Source of the DNA: Octopus vulgaris
Taxonomy: Eukaryota
Length of the DNA stretch: 64,000 nt
Assembly: GCA_951406725.2 (NCBI GenBank)
Contig: OX597838.1
Location: forward strand, 14,818,001-14,882,000
Reading direction: 5' to 3'
The position numbers and the translations under genes are program-made. Below, piece by piece: positions 54,233 through 64,000 of this stretch; position 1 is the first letter of the stretch; each line of letters opens with the position of its first letter. Under the pieces are notes generated by a model, which saw nothing but the letters and a program-made list of their open reading frames with translations, had not been told where the DNA came from and made no database searches.

Positions 54233-54787
54233 TTAAACAAGGATCCACATACACACACATCATCATCATCATCGTTTAGCGTCTGCTTTCCATGCTAGCA
54301 TGGGTCGGACCATGACAGGCTTATTTCAGTTTCCATCTAGCAAATCTACTCACAAGGTTTTGTGTCAGACCAGAAATATAGCAGACACTTACTCAAGGTG
54401 TCACACGATGGGACTGAACCCAAGGTCACATGATTAGGAAACAATCTTCTTAACTACACAGCCATGCCTGTGTCTATTAATGTCAATATTTATTATTATA
54501 ATTGGTTGGTAGATTGACAGAACTAGTTAAAATGCTTTGCAGTATTTGTCCTGGATTTCTGTCATGAAATAGCAAATCTATAAAATATTTAGACAATGCA
54601 ATATATATATATTTTTTTTTTCTTATCAATTTGGCAGAAATGAACATAAATGGAAAATCCATGGACAAAGTGAAAGTAGCACACTACATTCCATAATCAT
54701 TGAGATGTACTTCTTAATAATTACAAAACAAGTTAAGAAAGAACATTTTCCCCCAAGAACTGATATATATATATATATATATATATG

Positions 54788-55020
54788 TAACTAATGTAGG
54801 ATAAAATTTTTTTTTTTTTTTCTTTCGAGAAAAAAATTTTATCAATGGCCAGCATATCAAAAAATAACTTTAAAGGTTAAATTTATAAATAATTTACAAA
54901 ATAAGGGCAAAAGAAAAATTCTAATGCCAAATATGCCGAAAAAAAGGACAAAATTGTCAATAACCATTATAATTTATGTGTCTCAAAACAAACTGATAGA
55001 AATTTCTAAATTTTGTAAAT
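54788..55020 (+). mobile_element. (TA)n-embedded element, same family as 28865-29157
   Basis: aactaatgtaggataaaa...ataagggcaaaagaaaattctaatgcc...gatagaaatttc between two (TA)n runs. Confidence 0.75.
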
Positions 55021-55367
55021 TATATATATATATATATATATGTTTAAAATTCAGGTAGTTCAGAAATTAGTTCATTTCTCAAGAAATCTGCAACATAAAT
55101 CAAACAGATAAAATTGCAAAATTAAATTATAAATTATGAAAAATATTTCTCTTAGATATCTTGCTTCTTGCTTCAGTTTAAAATCTAACCATAAAGACAA
55201 TGCAAAAAATGTTTCTAATCAGTCGTTCTGTTGTTAAATTAATTCTAAATTTGTTATAAAAGTTTACTGTTTTCCCTCCCTTTTTAAAACATAGTTTATT
55301 ACATCACAATTCTTTTTTTCACTGCTTTTGTGGATTCTCAGGACTCTGTTGCCATCCGATTCCATTA

Positions 55368-55611
55368 TTATGAATTTGATTTGGGAGCTTGAGTCATGGT
55401 GAATCTTTTATTAGCTGACTGCACAACCTTGGATACCACTCCTATGGATGCATTGCAATTACTCTCTTGACAGAGCTTGGTGAACTTGACTGTCGATCTT
55501 CTGGGATTCCTCTGCTCGACATCAATGTAAGAAACACCATTCGATAAGTTGAGCTCTTCTGCTACCTCTTCACAATCCATCATGCTGCAGTCCCGTGAAC
55601 TCGTCATATCC
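55368..55611 (-). CDS. Possible terminal exon or coding relic of an unidentified minus-strand gene
   Basis: High-complexity frame of about 80 codons (DMTSSRDCSMMDCEEVAEELNLSNGVSYIDVEQRNPRR...KSNS*) preceded by ccaccctgccAG. No recognised motif. Confidence 0.3.
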
Positions 55612-56201
55612 CTGGCAGGGTGGCTGAATGGATGCTATACTTTGCCAAAGTAACTATGCTGGGTATGGTCATCACTCCATGAAGTATTTACAAAATACCC
55701 ATACACCCACTATCACACTATATTTTTTTCTTATCAATATGACAGAAATGAACATAAATGGAAAATCCACGGAGAAAGTGAAAGTAGCTCACTACTTTCC
55801 ATAATTGTTGAGGTTTCTTGGTGATCTTCACTGTCGATCTTCTGGGATTCCTCTGCTCAGCATGAAATAATAGTGACACAAAAAAATAATATGGTTAACA
55901 AATGCACTCCCTATAGTAAATACACATACAATAATTCCATTAAGGTTAACCTAACTTTTCATCTTTTCAAAGGTCAATAAACTAAAGTACCTTTCAAGTA
56001 TGGGCATGTTGTTATTCACTAACCTCATGCCTTCCTCTTATATTGCTGGCCTTGTGCCCATTCAATAAACGTCTGTAATTTTAGAACTAATTATTGATAT
56101 ACAAGTATTAATATTATTAATGATTTGTTACTTGAAAATATAAATTTAGACTGTATAGAAGTATATTAAATGGATTGTAGGCTATGGGAGTAATGTGTAC
56201 A

Positions 56202-56245
<44 letters not shown>

Positions 56246-56359
56246 GGTGTACATGTGTATATGATTATATACATACACACATACATGTATCCATTGTGTA
56301 ATATACACTGATACAGATACCTGATATACTCTCCCTTGAATACACACGTGTGTTTACAT

Positions 56360-56409
<50 letters not shown>

Positions 56410-57200
56410 TCAGACCACCTTGAAAAGTTTAGTCCAATGAATCAACACAAGGACTTTTTCTTTTTAAATCTGGTACTTATGCTATCAGTTTCTTTTTGCT
56501 GAACCGCTAAGTTATGGGGATGTAAACAAACCAACACTGGTCATCAAGCAGTTGGCCAGACAAGGACGCACACACACATTATATGTATGACAGGCTTTCA
56601 AACATTTTCTGCTTTCTACTTTAGCCCCAGACTGACCAACACCTTGTAGTCTACTCACAAGGCTTTGGTTGGTTCAGGACTTATAGTAAGGTAAATGTGG
56701 GTAAAGCTACCGTCTTGAGTCATGCGGACTCATAGGGTTTCCTGGTGTCCATGGCATATATGTCCCCCACCTGGCTGGGACTCCAGTCTGTCACAGAATT
56801 ACTCATTTATGGACTGGAACAACATGAAATGAAGTGTTTTGCTCAAGGACACAACACATCATCCGTCGCAGGGATCAAAACCACAATCTTACAATCATGA
56901 GTCCAACACCCTAACCACTAAGCCACGCACCTCCACTCAGGTCTACAGTAGAAAACACTCGCCCAAAGTGCTCTGCAGTAGGACTGAACCCTAAACAGGG
57001 TTGCACAGCGATCTTCTTGACAACACAACCATGTTTGAGCCTACACACACACACAAACAAACAGTCCAACTATTATGCTATAACTATTTTCACTACTGCT
57101 TACTATTACTACTATAACTGATTGTGAGACCAACTGACTGTACCACAATATCCCTGCTATAACTGTTTTATATTCACTCAGTATTAAATGGTAAGAGCTA

Positions 57201-57401
57201 CAGTGGTTTTCAACCTGGGTTCCGCCAGTACAGTCCAGGGGTTCCGCAAGAAGTTACAAAACTGCTAAAATCAGCTGTAATTTTTAATTCTCCTGTGCAG
57301 ATATGTGTGCATAAGACTATTAAATTATTGCACAGGGGTTCCTCGAGCTAGGGGAATGTTTCCTTGGGGTTCCGCTCCAGCAAAAAGGTTGAAAAGCACT
57401 G
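57201..57401. mobile_element. hAT (Charlie-like) MITE
   Basis: 16-bp TIR cagtggttttcaacct / aggttgaaaagcactg. Right flank gtctagag fits the NTCTAGAN target preference; the left TSD is not preserved. Confidence 0.75.
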
Positions 57402-58309
57402 GTCTAGAGTATACATCAGTTGTAACTGTTAATGTTTAACTTTGATAGTTAGACGAGTTAACTATTTCTAACAATAAATATTATAACCGTTAACTGTTCT
57501 ATTACTGCTGTTGCTGTTAACTGTTATAGTTATTGTTATAACAGTCCCAGCTATCAAAGACCATTCCAGTCAGAGTGTCTTGATTTGAGTGAGATTTAAA
57601 TACATCTTGGCCATTGCCTGTCACTATGCCACTGGTAAAATTATTTGTTAATCATGCACGTTCCTTCATAAATGCAGTTTTTTTTAAAATATATGTTGCA
57701 TTGTGATGACAGACTTGCACTTAAAATTCCTGTTTTTGAAAACTTGTTAGTTGCTATGGTGACAACACTACCTATCAGTTTATCTTTCACACACTCCCTC
57801 TCTCTCTTTCTTTCTCACACTATATTTCTCTCTCAACTATATTTTCCCCTCCCCTTCTACATCTATAATGTGACAAGGGTTATCTCCCCTTTTGATTCCT
57901 TCTCTTCTTCCTTATCTGTCACAGATGTGATGGACAGACAGAGACCAGCTTCTCTTTTATAATGTAAGATTTGTATCAGATTGAGCAATAAGAGACTTCT
58001 TTGTCATGTTTTACTGGCCTCACCTTTCTCCTCAGTTATTTGGTTATTTCAACACTGTATTCTGGTTTTTCACTGACTTCAGTTATGATTGCTGTTTCAG
58101 AATTCACTCAGTATTTAAAGTGAACCTAGGCTTAGCCAAGTACTCCTGTTCTACTCTATGTGATCTGCAATGCAACTTCTAACTATTGTCACTGTTATGG
58201 CAGTGATACTTAGATATACCAACTGGTTTATATCTATCGTATAGCTGCCATAATTTAACTATAATATCTCAACAATTACCTGTTATATCACTGCTAGTAC
58301 ATTTACAAG

Positions 58310-58848
58310 TGACATAACAGTTAACAGAGCAACACTATAACTGTTATGTGGCTCCTGTAACTAATTATCTAACTGTTTTGTAACTGTTATATGATTTGCA
58401 TTGATAAAACAGTTAACTGTATTAGAATATCACATCTGTTTTACAGCCGCTATAAATGTGCTGTATAAGTATTACTTAACTGTTTTATAATTGTTAATAG
58501 TTATAGCAGTGATTTGACAGTGACACAATAGCTGTTCTGTTTGCCGTCAATTAACTTTTTTGTTATTGCTGTAAACTGTTAACAGCTACAGCAGTGACAT
58601 AACAGTTAACAGAGCAATACTATAACTGTTATGTGGCTCCTGTAACTAATTATTTAACTGTTTTGTAACTGTTACATGATTGCATTGATAAAACAGTTAA
58701 CTGTATTAGAATATCACATCTGTTTTACAGCTGCTATAAAACTGTTTTATAATTGTTAATAGTTATAGCAGCGATTTGACAGTGATACAATAGCTGTTCT
58801 GTTTGGTGTCAATTAACTTTTTTGTTATTGCTGTAAACTGTTAACAGC
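58310..58848. repeat. Tandem duplication, about 284 bp x 2
   Basis: gtgacataacagttaacagagcaa...gtaaactgttaacagc starts at about 58310 and 58594; the second copy has an internal deletion. Confidence 0.88.
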
Positions 58849-58849
58849 A

Positions 58850-59247
58850 GGCGCAGGAGTGGCTATGTGGTAAGTAGCTTGCTAACCAACCACATGGTTC
58901 CGGGTTCAGTCCCACTGCGTGACATCTTGGGCAAGTGTCTTCTGCTATAGCCTCGGGCTGACCAATGCCTTGTGAGTGGATTTGGTAGATGGAAACTGAA
59001 AGAAGCCTGTCGTATATGTGTATATATATGTATGTGTGTGTGCTTGTGTGTCTGTGTTTGTCCCCCTAGCATTGCTTGACAACCGATGCTGGTGTGTTTA
59101 CGTCCCCGTCACTTAGCGGTTCGGCAAAAAGAGACCGATAGAATAAGTACTGGGCTTACAAAAGAATAAGTCCCGGGGTCGATTTGCTCGACTAAAGGCG
59201 GTGCTCCAGCATGGCCGCAGTCAAATGACTGAAACAAGTAAAAGAAA
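58850..59247 (+). mobile_element. CORE-type SINE family B (full length)
   Basis: Near-identical to 29770-30170. Confidence 0.9.
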
Positions 59248-59805
59248 AGCTACAGCAGTGACAGAACAGTTAATTGCTAAAAAACTTTTGATTATTCTAC
59301 CACTGATAACAGCTATAACAGTGATAGAACAGTTTACTGCTATAATATTACTCTTATAACTAAGAAGCAAACGGACAGAATTGTTAGCATGTCTGCCAAA
59401 ATGCTAAATGACATTTTGTGTGTTCACATTCTGGATTCAAATGTTGCTGGGATCAACTTTGCCTTTCATCCTTTCAGGGTTGATAAAATAAGTACCAGTT
59501 ACATACTGGGCTCAGTATAACTGCTAACTGTTGTTAGAGTTATGTGTTCCAACTATTACTACTACATCTTAACTACTATTACTGCTGTAATTTCTGCAAT
59601 TAGAACTTCATTGCTATTTTGCTCTGATATTGTCATAAAGTGTTGCAATATCATTACGATATTATTATCATTATGATATTGTTATCATTATGATATGGTT
59701 ATCATTACAGTATGATTATGAAGGTTCATAAAAATAATCTTTTCATCTCTGATAAACATAACCCACTTCATTTACACACTTTGTGGCTGGGCTTACATGG
59801 CAGCC

Positions 59806-60302
59806 ATGACCTTAATCAGTGGATGGTGGTCATGGCATGGTGTGACCTTGAATCAAGGAGTGAAGCTCATAACATGATGTGACCTCAAATTAGTGAGTGA
59901 GGGTCATGACATAGTATGACCTTAAATTAGTGGGTGAGGGTCATCACATAGCATGACCTTAAATTAGGGAGTGAGGGTCATGACATGGTATGACCTAAAA
60001 TTAGTGGGTGAGGGTCATCGCATAGCATGACCTTAAATTATTGGGTGAGGGTCATCACATAGCATGACCTTAAATTAGTGAGTGAGGGTCATGACATGGT
60101 ATGACCTAAAATTAGTGGGTGAGGGGTCATCGCATGGTGTGACCTTAAATCAGTAGATGACAGTCATGCCATGAAGTGACCTCAAATTAGGTGTGGGTCA
60201 TGGCATGATATGACCTTAAATCAAAAAACCAGTGGGAGAAAGGTCATAGCATGGTGTGACCTTAATCAGTAGGTGAGGTTTAAGGCTTAGCACGACCTTA
60301 AT
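59806..60302. repeat. Minisatellite, about 37 bp x 13
   Basis: Unit atgaccttaaattagtgggtgagggtcatgacatagc, degenerating at both edges. Confidence 0.9.
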
Positions 60303-60625
60303 CTAGTGTCTTTTCTAAAGTACAGATGACGGTTTTATGGTTCAATGTGACCTGTATTGGGGTCATGAGAAGCCTTAACCATGACATAGCAACACAACTT
60401 GAGTTTGTGTTATGCTGAGATGACTTACTTTATTTCTGGTCTCAGAGTGCTGTGATCTGGTGTGACCTTAATCTCCCTGAAGGGCTGTTAAATGAGAGCT
60501 GGGGTACACCTGATATGTGAACCTAATAATGTAATGGTGCAGGTTATGAAAGTCATGAGATGAATATTAGTTGAAAAAACATTTTTCTGCAGTATTTTTA
60601 TTTGTTAATATTCTGGTGGAATTCT

Positions 60626-61609
60626 GGTTTAAGCACCCCCATATAACAGCTCATAACTTTTTTGTTCTTTAGAATTTTCAGAAAATTTTTGACCATTTGT
60701 GTTCTACAAACAGACATTCATACGGTTATGCAAAAAAAAAAAAAAAAATTCCAGGCGCAAAGGCTCATCTTCAGAAGAAAAGAACAGCGTAAGAAAAGTC
60801 CATTTATATAGGATGCATTAATCCATCTTTGAATGGATTAACAGACCCTGCATATTTATGCCTGAAATATAAAGGTTTTATTAAACTTTCCACTTTGTCA
60901 GAAGCTGTTTATTTTCTCTCTTTTTACATTCTTCGATACTACAATGCTTCAAGTGAATTACATTGCTTTTTTCCTGTTCTATTTTTCAAACCCCTTTTCC
61001 CCATTAAATCCTAAAATTTCTACTTTAGAAATATCTTATATTTTTAAACTAGAGTTTAAAATACAAGCAATTTGAATTCTTTTACTTAAACCTCACCCTT
61101 GGGCATGTTCTCATTCCATTAATCCTTTAGCATTTGGATTATCCTGCCAAATGTAATGCTTATTTATTTACATTGGCTTGAATTAATCATGTGTTATCTC
61201 ATAGCTTCCAGATATTGATGATGTGATTGGTTTATTTTTAGAAAGACATTGTGAGGTAGGTAGGTGTGACAGGCCAGGTCCGGTCAGTTTGAACAGAAAA
61301 CAAGTAGAATATTTGGGCCGGTTGTGGCCAGTTTAAACACTAAAGGGTTAAATGTGTTTATGGGGAGAAAAATATTGGAAAACATGACTACATGTCAGAG
61401 TGACAAAGAAACGAGGAAGGCGTCAGATGGTCGTGGGATGCGCTAGAAATAGCAGCTAGGTCATCCTTAAATTGCACAGAAAAAAATTTCTTTTCTTTTG
61501 CATAATTGCATGAATTCCCATGTGTCGAACACAAATTTGCAAAAATTTTCTGAAAATTCCAAAAAATAAAAAAAAGTTTTGAGGTGTTATCATAATGATG
61601 CCTAAATCC
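60626..61609. mobile_element. Old non-autonomous DNA transposon with ~135-bp diverged TIRs
   Basis: 60626-60760 is a diverged reverse complement of 61472-61609 (shared gaattttcagaaaatttttg..atttgtgttc..ttatgcaaaa). TTCT on both flanks. Confidence 0.7.
61123..61347. mobile_element. MITE P2 nested in the long-TIR element
   Basis: TTAA-TCCTTTAGCATT ... ACACTAAAGGG-TTAA. Confidence 0.85.
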
Positions 61610-62163
61610 TTCTTAGCGTTGTCAGACAGAAATTGTTCTTATCTCTCACCCCCTCAGCCCCAACTCCCACGCAACCAGTAAGTCCTTACTTTTTAAAATA
61701 ACATTTAATAAAATACTAAAACTGAAATGTCTAAGAGAGTTTTCTATGTTTTATGAATAGAACTAATTATGTAGTCGTACTCTCTCTCTCTCTCTCTCTC
61801 TCTTATCGCCCTCTTTCTCCCATCTTGCTTCCTCTCTCTCTCTCTGTCACGTGCGCTCTCTCTCTGTCACGCGCTTTCTCTCCTCTCTCCCCGTCCTTTT
61901 CTCACCTTTCATGCTTTATCTTTTATTAATCTCTATCTCTCACCACCACCACCACCATCACCAATCATACCATCACCCGCACATCACCACCAATACTGCT
62001 GCCACCATATTTATATCATGGATTTTCTCTCCTAATGCAAAAAGGAAATCCATATATACACACACACACAAGGTTTCCATAAGGTATGTGTGCAATTTAA
62101 CATACCTATGTATAGTTACAAAGCTAAAAGTACTTTAAATTACACACAGACTTTACAGACATC

Positions 62164-62204
<41 letters not shown>

Positions 62205-62624
62205 GTGTATGTTTATGTATATGGATTGTATATATAAGCCTTAAAAACTCAATAATATACAGAGTTTAAATGCTATTCAGTTGAAATTCAGGATGATAAT
62301 GATTAAATTGTATATACATAGACATGCACATATACATGCATATGTATATATACATACTTACAAAGATATGTGTGTGTGTATGTAAGTATATATATATATA
62401 TCTATATATATAGTCATATTCATACAGGGATTTGTATATTTTCCTTCTATATATGATATATCTTCAATTCTTCTGAATTATTTTTTCGCTATGGTACAAA
62501 GTCTGTTTATATAATTGCAGTAATGTAAACACCCAGCTAAACTCTTAGAAATATACACACATCTGTGGTTGTGTTAAGTACACAACATGCTCCCAGGTCA
62601 TGTTCACAAATGATAGCTACAGTT

Positions 62625-62723
62625 ACATATATATATATAAAATGTATAAATCTAAATGCATATATATATGTATGTATACATATACATTTATATATTTATA
62701 TATATATATATACACACACACAC

Positions 62724-62765
<42 letters not shown>

Positions 62766-63163
62766 GTATATATATATATGTGTGTGTGTATCTATATATA
62801 AATGTATATGTATATAAAAATGTATATGTGTGTGTATATATATATATATATAAATGTATATACAAATAAATATGTATATATATGTATATATTTGTAATAA
62901 ATGTATATATATATATATATAAATGTATATATATGTGTGTGTGTATATATATATGTGTGTGTATATATATATACATATATATAAATATATATATGTATTT
63001 ATAAATATAAATGTATATATGTATATATATATATATAAATATAAATGTATATATGTATATATATATAAATATAAATGTATATATGTATATATATATAAAT
63101 ATATATGTATATATATAAATATATATGTATATATATATAGATATATATGTATATATATAGATA

Positions 63164-63208
<45 letters not shown>

Positions 63209-63523
63209 GTATGTATATGTGTATATATATATATGTATGTATATATGTATATATATATACGTGTATATATATATATGTATATATAAATGTATATATATAT
63301 ATGTATATATAAATGTATATATATATATATATGTATATAATATATACACTATATAAATGTATATATATATGTATATATAAATGTATATGTATATATATGT
63401 GTATATATATATATATGTGTGTATATATATGTATATATAAATGTATATATATATGTGTGTATATGTATATATATGTGTATGTATATGTATATATATGTAT
63501 GTATATATAAATGTATATATATA

Positions 63524-63556
<33 letters not shown>

Positions 63557-63648
63557 TAATGTATATATATATATATATATTAATGTATATATATATATAT
63601 ATTAATGTATATATATATATATATTAATGTATGTATATATATATATTA

Positions 63649-63683
<35 letters not shown>

Positions 63684-63725
63684 TGTATATATATATATAT
63701 ATTAATGTATGTATATATATATATC
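62625..63725. repeat. 1.1-kb compound (TA)n satellite with taaatg / taatgt periodic interruptions
   Basis: Direct inspection. Confidence 0.95.
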
Positions 63726-64000
63726 CGATATATAATGTGATACTATGATATGAAGAAGAAGGGTGAAGTGAAATTAATTTGATAAATAATAATAATAAAA
63801 GGGTTTTGTATATTACTTTATTGTTGTTGTTATGTATGTGAACCTCTTATATTACATGCTACAGCTAACGAGGAAGCCTCTACGTGGCTACAGGGTGTGA
63901 TAGTAATACCAACCAAATCCCCCTTAACTTGTATCCTGCAGTGTTTAAAATATATAGGAAACACACATTGTCGTTAAGTCCGTCTTAGGTACTCCATGTC

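Overview
AT-rich, microsatellite- and SINE-dense eukaryotic DNA. The repeat landscape points to a cephalopod, probably Octopus; this is inference. The only well-supported gene is the 3' part of a + strand homeodomain-interacting protein kinase (HIPK2-like): four phase-consistent coding exons at 1576-1914, 2912-3147, 4630-5572 and 37282-37744, with a 31.7 kb last intron. The kinase-domain exons are not in the window and presumably lie upstream. Everything else is intronic or downstream repeat: at least four tRNA-derived SINE families (several with target-site duplications), two TTAA-flanked piggyBac-type MITE families, Tc1- and hAT-type MITEs, decayed R4/Dong- and RTE-clade LINE ends, a 3.2 kb array of about 33 x 98-bp units, smaller minisatellites and long (TA)n tracts. 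The least routine signals are (i) minimal type-I hammerhead-ribozyme-like motifs and fold-back arms in (TA)n-embedded, Penelope-like relics, (ii) the young, GC-rich 98-bp array in the HIPK intron and (iii) a MITE whose 3' part is tandemly amplified exactly at TTAA sites. There are no prokaryotic features, and most ORFs in the supplied track are microsatellite or SINE artefacts. I cannot demonstrate a wholly new biological system from sequence alone.
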